DNA from: Mobula hypostoma
Lineage: Eukaryota
Length of the DNA: 64,000 bases
Assembly: GCF_963921235.1 (NCBI RefSeq)
Contig: NC_086097.1
Span: forward strand, 66,094,001 to 66,158,000
Direction: 5' to 3'
The position numbers were made by a program, and so were the translations under genes. The notes beneath the pieces were generated by a model. It ran no database searches. It saw only the letters and a program-made list of their open reading frames with translations, and had not been told where the DNA came from. Of this stretch, positions 25,500-39,039 are shown one piece after another (the first letter of the stretch is position 1; every line of letters starts with the position of its first letter).

Positions 25500-28400
25500 A
25501 GGGGCGAGGCTGGAGACTAGAGGCGAGGCTGGAGATGAGAGGCAATGTGAGATTGGAGGTTGGAGATTAGGGGCGAGGCGAGGCTGCAGGCTGGAGACTA
25601 GTGGCGAGGCGAGGCTGGAGACTAGAGGCGAGGCGAGGCTGGAGTCAAGGGGCGAGGCGAGGCTGGAGACAAGGGGCGGGGCAAGGCTGGAGGCTGGAGA
25701 CTAGGGGCGAGGCTGGAGGCTGGAGACCAGGGGCGAGGCGAGGCTGGAGACCAGGGGCGGGGCGAGGCGAGGCTGGAGGTTGGAGACCAGGGGTGAGGCG
25801 GGGCTGGAGGTTGGAGACTAGGGGCGGGGCGAGGCTGGAGGCTGGAGACTGGGGGCGAGGCTGGAGACTGGAGGCGAGGCTGGAGACTAGGGGCGAGGCC
25901 AGGCTGGGGGCTGGAGACCAGGGGCGAGGCGGGGCTGGAGGCTGGAGAGCAGGGGCGAGGCTGGAGGATGCAGACCAGAGGCAACGTGAGGCTGTAGGGT
26001 GGAGACTCGGGGCAGGGCGAGGCTGGAGGGTGGATTCTAGGGGCAGGGCGAGGCTGGAGACTTGATGCGAGGCTGGCGGCTGGAGACCAGGGGCGGGGCG
26101 AGGCTGGAGATTAGAGGCGAGGCAAGGCTGGAGACTAGAGACGAGGCTGGAGGCTGCAGACGAGACGCAATGTGAGGCTGGAGGCTGGAAACTAGGGGCG
26201 GGGCTCGGGGCTGGAGACTGGGGTCGAGGCGAGGCTGGAGACTGGGGGCGAGGCTGGAGACTAGGGGCGAGGCGAGGCTGGAGACTGGGGGCGAGGCTGG
26301 AGTCTGGAGACTAGGGGCGAGGTTGGAGGTTGGAGACTAGGGGCGTGAACAGGCTGTAGGCTGGAGATTAGGGGCGAGGCGAGGCTGCAGGCTGGAGACT
26401 AGTGGCGAGGCGAGGCTGGAGACTAGATGTGAGGCTGGAGGCTGGAGTCTAGGGGCGAGGTGAGGCTGGAGACTAGGGGCGAGGCTGGAGACTAGAGGCG
26501 AGGCTGGAGATGAGAGGCAATGCGAGATTGGAGGTTGGAGATTAGGGGCGAGGCGAGGCTGCATGCTGGAGACTAGTGGCGAGGCAAGGCTGGAGACTAG
26601 AGGCAAGGCTGGAGGCTGGAGACTAGGGGCGAGGCTGGAGGCTGGAGACAAGGGGCGGGGCGAGGCTGGAGGCTGGAGACCAGGGGCGGGGCGAGGCGAG
26701 GCTGGAGGTTGGAGACCAGGGGTGAGGCGGGGCTGGCGGTTGGAGACTAGGGGCGGGGCGAGGCTGGAGACTGGAGGCGAGGCTGGAGACGAGGGGCGAG
26801 GCGAGTCTGGGGGCTGGAGACCAGGGGTGAGGCGGGGCTGGAGGCTGGAGACCAGGGGCGAGGCGAGGCTGGAGACTGGGGGCGAGGCTGGAGACTAGAG
26901 GCGAGGCTGGAGATGAGAGGCAATGCGAGATTGGAGGTTGGAGATTAGGGGCGAGGCGAGGCTGCAGGCTGGAGACTAGTGGCGAGGCAAGGCTGGAGAC
27001 TAGAGGCGAGGCTGGAGGCTGGAGACTAGGGGCGAGGCTGGAGGCTGGAGACAAGGGGCGGGGCGAGGCTGGAGGCTGGAGACAAGGGGCGGGGCGAGGC
27101 TGGAGACAAGGGGCGGGGCGAGGCTGGAGGCTGGAGACTAGGGGCGAGGCGAGGCTGGAGGCTGGAGACCAGGGGCGGGGCGAGGCGAGGCTGGAGGTTG
27201 GAGACCAGGGGTGAGGCGGGGCTGGCGGTTGGAGACTAGGGGCGGGGCGAGGCTGGAGACTGGAGGCGAGGCTGGAGACTAGGGGCGAGGCGAGTCTGGG
27301 GGCTGGAGACCAGGGGTGAGGCGGGGCTGGAGGCTGGAGACCAGGGGCGAGGCGAGGCTGGAGACTGGGGGCGAGGCTGGAGGCTGGGGGCGAGGCTGGA
27401 GGCTGGAGACGAGAGGCGAGGCTGGAGACTAGGGGCGAGGCTGGAGGCTGGAGACTAGGGGCGAGGCTGGAGGCTGGAGACTAGGGGCGGGGCGAGTCTG
27501 GAGACAAGGGGCGGGGCGAGGCTGGAGGCTGGAGACTAGGGGCGAGGCTGGAGGCTGGAGACCAGGGGCGAGGCTGGAGACTAGGGGCGAGGCAACGCTG
27601 GAGACTAGGGGCGAGGCTGGAGATGAGAGGCAATGCGAGATTGGAGGTTGGAGATTAGGGGCGAGGCGAGGCTGCAGGCTGGAGACTAGTGGCGAGGCGA
27701 GGCTGGAGACTAGGGGCGAGGCTGGAGGCTGGAGACTCGGGGCGAGGCTGGAGGCTGGAGACAAGGGGCGGGGCGAGGCTGGAGACAAGGGGCGGGGCGA
27801 GGCTGGAGGCTGGAGACTAGGGGCGAGGCTGGAGGCTGGAGACCAGGGGCGGGGCGAGGCGAGGCTGGAGGTTGGAGACCAGGGGTGAGGCGGGTCTGGA
27901 GGTTGGAGACTAGGGGCGGGGCGAGGCTGGAGGCTGGAGACTTGTGGCGAGGCTGGAGACTAGAGGCGAGGCTGGGGGCTGGAGACCAGGGGCGAGGCGG
28001 GGCTGGAGGCTGGAGAGCAGGGGTGAAGCTGGAGGCTGCGACTAGAGGCAACGTTAGGCTGTAGGCTGGAGACGAGGGGCAGGGCGAGGCTGGAGGGTGG
28101 ATTCTAGGGGCAGGGCGAGGCTGGAGACTTGATGCGAGGCTGGCGGCTGGAGACTAGGGGCGGGGCGAGGCTGGAGATTAGAGGCGAGGCAAGGCTGGAG
28201 ACTAGAGACGAGGCTGGAGGCTGGAAACTAGGGGCGGGGCTCGGGGCTGGAGACTGGGGGCGAGGCAAGGCTGGAGACTGGGGTCGAGGCGAGGCTGGAG
28301 ACTGGGGGCGAGGCTGGAGACTAGGGGTGAGGTGAGGCTGGAGACTGGGGGCGAGGCTGGAGGCTAGAGACTAGGGGCGAGGTTGGAGGTTGGAGACTAG

Positions 28401-31400
28401 GGGCGTGAACAGGCTGTAGGCTGGGAGATTAGGGGCGAGGCGAGGCTGGAGGCTGGAGACTAGGGGCGGGGCGAGGCGAGGCTGGAGGTTGGAGACCAGG
28501 GGTGTGGCGGGGCTGGAGGTTGGAGACTAGGGGCGGGGCGAGGCTGGAGGCTGGAGACTGGGGGCGAGGCTGGAGGCTGGAGAATGGAGGCGAGGCTGGA
28601 GACTCGGGGCGAGGCGAGGCTGGGGGCTGGAGACCAGGGGCGAGGCGGGCTGGAGGCTGGAGACCAGGGGCGAGGCGGGCTGGAGGCTGGAGAGCAGGGG
28701 CGAGGCTGGAGGCTGCAGACCAGAGGCAACATGAGGCTGTAGGCTGGAGATTAGGGGCGAGGCGAGGCTGCAGGCTGGAGACTAGTGGCGAGGCGAGGCT
28801 GGAGACTAGATGTGAGGCTGGAGGCTGGAGTCTACGGGCGAGGTGAGGCTGGAGACTAGGGGCGAGGCTGGAGGCTGGAGACTAGGGGCGAGGCAACGCT
28901 GGAGACTAGGGGCGAGGCTGGAGACTAGAGGCGAGGCTGGAGATGAGAGGCAATGCGAGATTGGAGGTTGGAGATTAGGGGCGAGGCGAGGCTGCAGGCT
29001 GGAGACTAGTGGCGAGGCAAGGCTGGAGACTAGGGGCGAGGCTGGAGACTAGGGGCGAGGCTGGAGGCTGGAGACAAGGGGCGGGGCGAGGCTGGAGACA
29101 AGGGGCGGGGCGAGGCTGGAGGCTGGAGACTAGGGGCGAGGCTGGAGGCTGGAGACCAGGGGCGAGGCGAGGCAGGAGGCTGGAGACCAGGGGCGGGGTG
29201 AGGCGAGGCTGGAGGTTGGAGAGCAGGGGCGAGGCTGGAGGCTGCAGACCAGAGGCAATGTGAGGCTGTAGGCTGGAGATTAGGGGCGAGGCGAGGCTGC
29301 AGGCTGGAGACTAGGGGCGAGATTGGAGGTTGGAGACTAGGGGCGTGAACAGGCTGTAGGCTGGAGATTAGGGGCGAGGCGAGGCTGCAGGCTGGAGACT
29401 AGTGGCGAGGCGAGGCTGGAGACCAGATGTGAGGCTGGAGGCTGGAGTCTAGGGGCGAGGTGAGGCAGGAGACTAGGGGCGAGGCTGGAGGCTGGAGACT
29501 AGAGGCGAGGCTGGAGGCTGGAGACTAGTGGCGAGGCTGGAGGCTGGAGACTCGGGGCGTGGCAACGCTGGAGACTAGGGGCGAGGCTGGAGACTAGAGG
29601 CGAGGCTGGAGATGAGAGGCAATGTGAGATTGGAGGTTGGAGATTAGGGGCGAGGCGAGGCTGCAGGCTGGAGACTAGTGGCGAGGCGAGGCTGGAGACT
29701 GGAGGCGAGGCGAGGCTGGAGACAAGGGGCGAGGCGAGGCTGGAGACAAGGGGCGGGGCGAGGCTGGAGACAAGGGGCGGGGCGAGGCTGGAGGCTGCAG
29801 ACTAGGGGCGAGGCTGGAGGCTGGAGACCAGGGGCGAGGCGAGGCTGGAGGCTGGAGACCAGGGGCGGGGCGAGACGAAGCTGGAGATTGGAGACCAGGG
29901 GTGAGGCGGGGCTGGAGGTTGGAGACTAGGGGCGGGGCGAGGCTGGAGGATGGAGACTGGGGGCGAGGCTGGAGGCTGGAGACTGGAGGCGAGGCTGGAG
30001 ACTAGGGGCGAGGCCAGGCTGGGGGCTGGAGACCAGGGGCGAGGCGGGGCTGGAGGCTGGAGAGCAGGGGCGAGGCTGGAGGATGCAGACCAGAGGCAAC
30101 GTGAGGCTGTAGGCTGGAGACTCGGGGCAGGGCGAGGCTGGAGGGTGTATTCTAGGGGCAGGGCGAGGCTGGAGACTTGATGCGAGGCTGGCGGCTGGAG
30201 ACTAGGGGCGGGGCGAGGCTGGAGATTAGAGGCGAGGCAAGGCTGGAGACTAGAGACGAGGCTGGAGGCTGCAGACGAGACGCAATGTGAGGCTGGAGGC
30301 TGGAAACTAGGGGCGGGGCTCGGGGCTGGAGACTGGGGTCGAGGCGAGGCTGGAGACTGGGGGCGAGGCTGGAGACGAGGGGCGAGGCGAGGCTGGAGAC
30401 TGGGGGCGAGGCTGGAGGCTAGAGACTTGGGGCGAGGTTGGAGGTTGGAGACTAGGGGCGTGAACAGGCTGTAGGCTGGAGATTAGGGGCGAGGCGAGGC
30501 TGCAGGCTGGAGACTAGTGGCGAGGCGAGGCTGGAGACTAGATGTGAGGCTGGAGGCTGGAGTCTAGGGGCGAGGTGAGGCTGGAGACTAGGGGCGAGGC
30601 TGGAGACTAGAGGCGAGGCTGGAGATGAGAGGCAATGCGAGATTGGAGGTTGGAGATTAGGGGCGAGGCGAGGCTGCAGGCTGGAGACTAGTGGCGAGGC
30701 AAGGCTGGAGAATAGAGGCGAGGCTGGAGGCTGGAGACTAGGGGCGAGGCTGGAGGCTGGAGACAAGGGGCGGGGCGAGGCTGGAGACAAGGGGCGGGGC
30801 GAGGCTGGAGGCTGGAGACTGGGGGCGAGGCGAGGCTGGAGGCTGGAGACCAGGGGCGGGGCGAGGCGAGGCTGGAGGTTGGAGACCAGGGGTGAGGCGG
30901 GGCTGGCGGTTGGAGACTAGGGGCGGGGCGAGGCTGGAGACTGGAGGCGAGGCTGGAGACTAGGGGCGAGACGAGTCTGGGGGCTGGAGTCCAGGGGTGA
31001 GGCGGGCCTGGAGGCTGGAGACCAGGGGCGAGGCGAGGCTGGAGACTGGGGGCGAGGCTGGAGACTAGAGGCGAGGCTGGAGATGAGAGGCAATGCGAGA
31101 TTGGAGGTTGGAGATTAGGGGCGAGGCGAGGCTGCAGGCTGGAGACTAGTGGCGAGGCAAGGCTGGAGACTAGAGGCGAGGCTGGAGGCTGGAGACTAGG
31201 GGCGAGGCTGGAGGCTGGAGACAAGGGGCGGGGCGAGGCTGGAGACAAGGGGCGGGGCGAGGCTGGAGGCTGGAGACTAGGGGCGAGGCGAGGCTGGAGG
31301 CTGGAGACCAGGGGCGGGGCGATGCGAGGCTGGAGGTTGGAGACCAGGGGTGAGGCGGGGCTGGCGGTTGGAGACTAAGGGCGGGGCGAGGCTGGAGACT

Positions 31401-34400
31401 GGAGGCGAGGCTGGAGACTAGGGGCGAGGCGAGTCTGGGGGCTGGAGACCAGGGGTGAGGCGGGGCTGGAGGCTGGAGACCAGGGGCGAGGCGAGGCTGG
31501 AGACTGGGGGCGAGGCTGGAGGCTGGGGGCGAGGCTGGAGGCTGGAGACCAGAGGCGATGCTGGAGACTAGGGGCGAGGCTGGAGGCTGGAGACTAGGGG
31601 CGAGGCTGGAGGCTGGAGACTAGGGACGGGGCGAGTCTGGAGACAAGGGGCGGGGCGAGGCTGGAGGCTGGAGACTAGGGGCGAGGCTGGAGGCTGGAGA
31701 CCAGGGGCGAGGCGAGGCTGGAGACCAGGGGCGGGGCGAGGCGAGGCTGGAGGTTGGAGACCAGGGGTAAGGCGGGGCTGGAGTTTGGAGACTAGGGGCG
31801 GGGCGAGGTTGGAGACTGGAGGCGAGGCTGGAGACGAGGGGCGAGGCGAGTCTGGGGGTTGGAGACCAGGGGTGAGGCGGGGCTGGAGGCTGGAGACCAG
31901 GGGCGAGGCGAGGCTGGAGACTGGGGGCGAGGCTGGAGACTGGGGGCAAGGCTGGAGGCTGGAGACTAGAGGCGAGGCTGGAGACTAGGGGTGAGGTTGG
32001 AGGCTGGAGACTAGGGGCATGAACAGGCTGCAGGTTGGAGATTAGGGGCGAGGCGAGGCTGCAGGCTGGAGACTAGAGGCGAGGCGAGGCTGGAGACTAG
32101 AGGCGAGGCTGGAGGCTGGAGACTAGGGGCGGGGCGTGGCTGGAGACTGGGGGCGTGGCAAGGCTGGAGACTGTGGGCGAGGCGAGGCTGGAGACTTGAG
32201 ACTGGAGGCGAGGCTGGAGACTGGGGGGCGAGGCGAGGCTGGAGACTGGTGGCGAGGCGAGACTGGAGACTTGAGACTGGAGGCGAGGCTGGAGAATAGG
32301 GGCGGGGCGAGGCTGGAGACTGGAGACTGGAGGCGAGGCTGGAGACTAGGGGCGAGGCGAGTCTGGGGGCTGGAGACTAGGGGCGGGATGAGGCTGGAGG
32401 CTGAAGATTAGAGGCGAGGCAAGGCTGGAGACTAGAGACGAGGCTGGAGGCTGCAGACGAGAGGCAATGTGAGGCTGGGGGGTGGAAACCAGGGGCGGGG
32501 CTCGGGGCTGGAGACTGGGGGCGGGGCGAGGCTGGAGACTGGGGGCGGGGCGAGTCTGGAGACTAGGGGCGAGGCAAGGCTGGAGACTGGGGGCGAGGCT
32601 GAAGACTGGGGGCGAGGCTGGAGGCTGGAGACTAGAGGCGTGGCTGGAGACTAGGGGTGAGGTTGGAGGCTGGAGACTAGGGGCGTGAACAGGCTGGAGG
32701 CTGGAGACTAGAGGCGAGGCTGGAGACTAGGGGCGAGGCTGGAGGCTGGATACTAGGGGCGGGGCGAGGCTGGAGACAAGGGGTGGGGCGAGGCTGGAGG
32801 CTGGAGACTAGGGGCGAGGCTGGAGGCTGGAGACCAGGGGCGAGGCGAGGCTGGAGACTAGAGGCGAGGCTGGAGGCTGGAGACTAGGGGCGTGAACAGG
32901 CTGCAGGTTGGAGATTAGGGGCGAGGCAAGGCTGCAGGCTGGAGACTCGTGGCGAGGCGAGGCTGGAGACTAGAGGCGAGGCTGGAGGCTGGAGACTAGG
33001 GGCGAGGCTGGAGGCTGGAGACTAGGGGCGGGGCGAGGCTGGAGACAAGGGGCGGGGCGAGGCTGGAGGCTGGAGACTAGGGGCGAGGCTGGAGGCTGGA
33101 GACCAGGGGCGGGGCGAGGCGAGGCTGGAGGTTGGAGACCAGGGGTGAGGCGGGGCTGGATTTTGGAGACTAGGGGCGGGGCGAGGCTGGAGGCTGGAGA
33201 CTGGAGGTGAGGCTGGAGACTAGGGGTGAGGCGAGTCTGGGGGCTGGAGACCAGGGGTGTGGCGGGGCTGGAGGCTGGAGACCAGGGGCGAGGCGAGGCT
33301 GGAGACTGGGGGCGAGGCTGGAGACTGGAGGCGAGGCTGGAGGCTGGAGATTAGGGGCGGGGCGTGGCTGGAGACTGGGGGCGTGGCAAGGCTGGAGACT
33401 GTGGGTGAGGCGAGGCTGGAGACTTGAGACTGGAGGCGAGGCTGGAGACTGGGGGGCGAGGCGAGGCTGGAGACTGGAGACTGGAGGCGAGGCTGGAGAC
33501 TAGGGGCGAGGCGAGTCTGGGGGCTGGAGACCAGGGGTGAGGCGGGGCTGGAGGCTGGAGACCAGGGGCGAGGCAAGGCTGGAGACTAGAGGCGAGGCTG
33601 GAGGCTGCAGACTAGAGGCAATGCGAGGCTGGCGGCTGGAGACTAGGGGCAGGATGAGGCTGGAGGCTGGAGATTAGAGGCGAGGCAAGGCTGGAGGCTA
33701 GAGACGAGGCTGGAGCCTGCAGACGAGAGGCAATGTGAGGCTGGAGGGTGGAAACAAGGGGCGGGGCTCGGGGCTGGAGACTGGGGGCGGGGCAAGGCTG
33801 GAGACTGGGGGCGAGGCTGAAGACTGGGGGCGAGGCTGAAGACTGGGAGCGAGGCTGGAGACTAGAGGCGAGGCTGGAGACCAGGGGCGTGAACAGGCTG
33901 CAGGTTGGAGATTAGGGGCGAAGCGAGGCTGCAGCCTGGAGACTAGTGGCGAGGCGAGGCTGGAGACCAGGGGCGAGGCTGGAGGCTGGAGACTGGAGAC
34001 CAGGGGCGAGGCTGGAGGCTGGAGACAAGGGGCGGGGCGAGGTTGGAGACAAGGGGCGGGGCGAGGCTGGAGGCTGGAGACTAGGGGCGAGGCTGGAGGC
34101 TGGAGACCAGGGGCGAGGCGAGGCTGGAGGCTGGAGACCAGGGGTGAGGCGGGGCTGGAGGTTGGAGACTAGGGGCGAGGCTGGAGGCTGGAGACTGGAG
34201 GCGAGGCTGGAGACTAGGGGCGAGGCGAGTCTGGGGGCTGGAGACCAGGGGTGAGGCGGGGCTGGAGGCTGGAGACCAGGGGCGAGGCGAGGCTGGAGAC
34301 TGGGGGCGAGGCTGGAGACTGGGGGCGAGGCTGGAGGCTGGAGACTAGAGGCGAGGCTGGAGACTAGGGGTGAGGTTGGAGGCTGGAGACTAGGGGTGAG

Positions 34401-36057
34401 GTTGGAGGCTGGAGACAAGGGGCATGAACAGGCTGCAGGTTGGAGATTAGGGGCGAGGCGAGGCTGCAGGCTGGAGACTAGTGGCGAGGCGAGGCTGAAG
34501 ACTGGAGGCGAGGCTAGAGGCTGGAGATGAGGGGCGGGGCGAGGCTGGAGACAAGGGGCGGGGCGAGGCTGGAGGCTGGAGACTATGGGCGAGGCGAGGC
34601 TTGAGACTAGGGGCGGGGCGAGGCGAGGCTGGAGGTTGGAGACCAGGGGTGAGGCGGGGCTGGAGGTTGGAGACTAGGGGCGGGGCGAGGCTGGAGGCTG
34701 GAGACTGGGGGCGAGGCTGGAGGCTGGAGACTGGAGGCGAGGCTGGAGACTAGGGGCGAGGCGAGGCTGGGGGCTGGAGACCAGGGGCGGGGCGAGGCGA
34801 GGCTGGAGGTTGGAGACTAGGGGCGGGGCGAGGCTGGAGGCTGGAGACTGGGGGCGAGGCTGGAGCTGGAGACTGGAGGCGAGGCTGGAGACTAGGGGCG
34901 AGGCGAGGCTGGGGGCTGGAGACCAGGGGCGAGGTGGGGCTGGAGGCTGGAGAGCAGGGGCGAGGCTGGAGTCTGCAGACTAGAGGCAACGTGAGGCTGT
35001 AGGCTGGAGACTAGGGGCAGGGCGAGGCTGGAGGGTGGAGTCTAGGGGCAGTGCAAGGCTGGAGACTTGATGCGAGGCTGGCGGCTGGAGACTAGGGGCG
35101 GGGCGAGGCTGGAGATTAGAGGCGAGGCAAGGCTGGAGACTAGAGACGAGGCTGGAGGCTGCAGACGAGAGGCAATGTGAGGCTGGAGGCTGGAAACTAG
35201 GGCCGGGGCTCGGGGCTGGAGACTGGGGGCGAGGCAATGCTGGAGACTGGGGTCGAGGCGAGGCTGGAGACTAGGGGCGAGGCGAGGCTGGAGACTGGGG
35301 GCGAGGCTGGAGGCTAGAGACTAGGGGCGAGGTTGGAGGTTGGAGACTAGGGGCGTGAACAGGCTGTAGGCTGGAGATTAGGGGCGAGGCGAGGCTGGAG
35401 ACTAGTGGCGAGGCGAGGCTGGAGACTAGATGTGAGGCTGGAGGCTGGAGACTAGAGGCGAGGCTGGAGGCTGGAGACTAGGGGCGAGGCAATGCTGGAG
35501 TCTAGGGGCGAGGCTGGAGACTAGAGGCGAGGCTGGAGATGAGAGGCAATGCGAGATTGGAGGTTGGAGATTAGGGGCGAGGCGAGGCTGCAGGCTGGAG
35601 ACTAGTGGCGTGGCAAGGCTGGAGACTAGAGGCGAGGCTGGAGACAAGGGGCGGGGCGAGTCTGGAGGCTGGAGACTATGGGCGAGGCGAGGCTTGAGAC
35701 TAGTGGTGAGACTGGAGGCTGGAGACCAGGGGCGAGGTGAGGCTGGAGGCTGGAGACCAGGGGCGGGGCGAGGCGAGGCTGGAGATTGGAGACCAGGGGT
35801 GAGGCGGGGCTGGAGGTTGGAGACTAGGGGCGGGGCGAGGCTGGAGGCTGGAGACTGGGGGCGAGGCTGGAGGCTGGAGACTGGAGGCGAGGCTGGAGGC
35901 TGGAGTCCAGGGGCGGGGCGAGGCGAGGCTGGAGGTTGGAGACCAGGGGTGAGGCGGGGCTGGAGGTTGGAGACGAGGGGCGGGGCGAGGCTGGAGGCTG
36001 GAGACTGGGGGCGAGGCTGGAGGCTGGAGACTGGAGGCGAGGCTGGAGACTAGGGGC
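25491..36057 (+). repeat. 11.1-kb tandem duplication, copy 2 (near-identical to 14348-24932)
   Basis: Rare variants such as TGTATTCTAG, GGATTTTGG, GGAGCCTGCAG and GGGCAGTGCAAGG recur at a constant offset. Confidence 0.95.
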
Positions 36058-39039
36058 GAGGCGAGGCTGGGGGCTGGAGACCAGGGGCGAGGCGGGGCTG
36101 GAGGCTGGAGAGCAGGGGCGAGGCTGGAGGCTGCAGACTAGAGGCAACGTGAGGCTGTAGGCTGGAGACTAGGGGCAGGGCGAGGCTGGAGGGTGGAGTC
36201 TAGGGGCAGGGCAAGGCTGGAGACTTGATGCGAGGCTGGTGGCTGGAGACTAGGGGCGGGGCGAGGCTGGAGATTAGTGGCGAGGCAAGGCTGGAGACTA
36301 GAGACGAGGCTGGAGGCTGCAGACGAGAGGCAATGTGAGGCTGGAGGCTGGAAACTAGGGGCGGGGCTCGGGGCTGGAGACTGGGGGCGAGGCAAGGCTG
36401 CTGGCTGGAGACTAGTGGCGAGGCAAGGCTGGAGACTAGTGGCGAGGCAAGGCTGGAGACTAGAGGCGAGGCTGGAGGCTGGAGACTAGGGGCGAGGCTG
36501 GAGATGAGAGGCAATGCGAGATTGGAAGTTGGAGATTAGGGGCGAGGCGAGGCTGCAGGTTTGAGACCAGTGGTGAGGCAAGGCTGGAGACTAGAGGCGA
36601 GGCTGGAGGCTGGAGACTAGGGGCGAGGCTGGAGGCTGGAGACAAGGGGCGGGGCGAGGCTGGAGACAAGGGGCGGGGCGAGGCTGGAGGCTGGAGACTA
36701 GGGGCGAGGCTGGAGGCTGGAGACCAGGGGCGAGGCGAGGCTGGAGGCTGGAGACCAGGGGCGGGGCGAGGCGAGGCTGGAGGTTGGAGACCAGGGGTGA
36801 GGCGGGGCTGGAAGTTGGAGACTTGGGGCGAGGCTGGAGGCTGGAGACTGGAGGCGAGGCTGGAGACTAGGGGCGAGGCGAGTCTGGGGGCTGGAGACCA
36901 GGGGTGAGGCGGGGCTGGAGGTTGGAGACCAGGGGCGAGGCGAGGCTGGAGGCTGGGGGCGAGGCTGGAGGCTGGAGACTAGAGGCGAGGCTGGAGACTA
37001 GGGGCGAGGCTGGAGGCTGGAGACTAGGGGCGGGGCGAGGCTGGAGACAAGTGGTGGGGCGAGGCTGGAGGCTGGAGACTAGGGGCGAGGCTGGAGGCTG
37101 GAGACCAGGGGCGAGGCGAGGCTGGAGACCAGGGGCGGGGCGAGGCGAGGCTGGAGGTTGGAGACTAGGGGCGGGGCAAGGCTGGAGGCTGGAGACTGGA
37201 GGCGAGGCTGGAGACTAGGGGCGAGGCGAGTCTGGGGGTTGGAGACCAGGGGTGAGGCGGGGCTGGAGGCTGGAGACCAGGGGCGAGGCGAGGCTGGAGA
37301 CTGGGGGCGAGGCTGGAGACTGGGGGCAAGGCTGGAGGCTGGAGACTAGAGGCGAGGCTGGAGACTAGGGGTGAGGTTGGAGGCTGGAGACTAGGTGCAT
37401 GAACAGGCTGCAGGTTGGAGATTAGGGGCGAGGCGAGGCTGCAGGCTGGAGACTAGAGGCGAGGCGAGGCTGAAGACTGGAGGCGAGGCTGGAGACTAGG
37501 GGCGGGGCGAGGCTGGAGACAAGGGGCGGGGCGAGGCTGGAGGCTGGAGACTATGGGCGAGGCGAGGCTTGAGACTAGGGGTGGGGCGAGGCGAGGCTGG
37601 AGGTTGGAGACCAGGGGTGAGGCGGGGCTGGAGGTTGGAGACTAGGGGCGGGGCGAGGCTGGAGACTGGGGGCGAGGCTGGAGGCTGGAGACTGGAGGCG
37701 AGGCTGGAGACTAGGGGCGAGGCGAGGCTGGGGGCTGGAGACCAGGGGCGGGGCGAGGCGAGGCTGGAGGTTGGAGACTAGGGGCGGGGCGAGGCTGGAG
37801 GCTGGAGACTGGGGGCGAGGCTGGAGGCTGGATACTGGAGGCGAGGCTGGGGACTAGGGGCGAGGCGAGGCTGGGGGCTGGAGACCAGGGGCGAGGAGGG
37901 GCTGGAGGCTGGAGAGCAGGGGCGAGGCTGGAGGCTGCAGGCTAGAGGCAACGTGAGGCTGGCGACTGGGGGCAGGGCGAGGCTGGAGGGTGGAGTCTAG
38001 GGGCAGGGCAAGGCTGGAGACTTGATGCGAGGCTGGCGGCTGGAGACTAGGGGCGGGGCGAGGCTGGAGATTAGAGGCGAGGCAAGGCTGGAGACTAGAG
38101 ACGAGGCTGGAGGCTGCAGACGAGAGGCAATGTGAGGCTGGAGGCTGGAAACTAGGGCCGGGGCTCGGGGCTGGAGACTGGGGCGAGGCAAGGCTGGAGA
38201 CTGGGGTCGAGGCGAGGCTGGAGACTAGGGGCGAGGCGAGGCTGGAGACTGGGGGCGAGGCTGGAGGCTAGAGACGAGGGGCGAGGTTGGAGGTTGGAGA
38301 TTAGGGGCGTGAACAGGCTGTAGGCTGGAGATTAGGGGCGAGGCGAGGCTGCAGGCTGGAGACTAGTGGCGAGGCGAGGCTGGAGACTCGATGTGAGGCT
38401 GGAGACTAGAGGCGAGGCTGGAGGCTGGAGACTAGGGGCGAGGCAACGCTGGAGACTAGGGGCGAGGCTGGAGACTAGAGGCGAGGCTGGAGATGAGAGG
38501 CAATGCGAGATTGGAGGTTGGAGATTAGGGGCGAGGCGAGGCTGCAGGCTGGAGACTAGTGGCGTGGCAAGGCTGGAGACTAGAGGTGAGGCGAGGCTGG
38601 AGACAAGGGGCGGGGCGAGGCTGGAGGCTGGAGACTATGGGCGAGGCGAGGCTTGAGACTAGGGGTGAGACTGGAGGCTGGAGACCAGGGGCGAGGTGAG
38701 GCTGGAGGCTGGAGACCAGGGGCGGGGCGAGGCGAGGCTGGAGGTTGGAGACCAGGGGTGAGGCGGGGCTGGAGGTTGGAGACTAGGGGCGGGGCGAGGC
38801 TGGAGGCTGGAGACTGGGGGCGAGGCTGGAGGCTGGAGACTAGGGGCGAGGCGAGGCTGGGGGCTGGAGACCAGGGGCGGGGCGAGGCGAGGCTGGAGGT
38901 TGGAGACCAGGGGTGAGGCGTGGCTGGAGGTTGGAGACTAGGGGCGGGGCGAGGCTGGAGGCTGGAGACTGGGGGCGAGGCTGGAGGCTGGAGACTGGAG
39001 GCGAGGCTGGAGACTAGGGGCGAGGTGAGGCTGGGGGCT

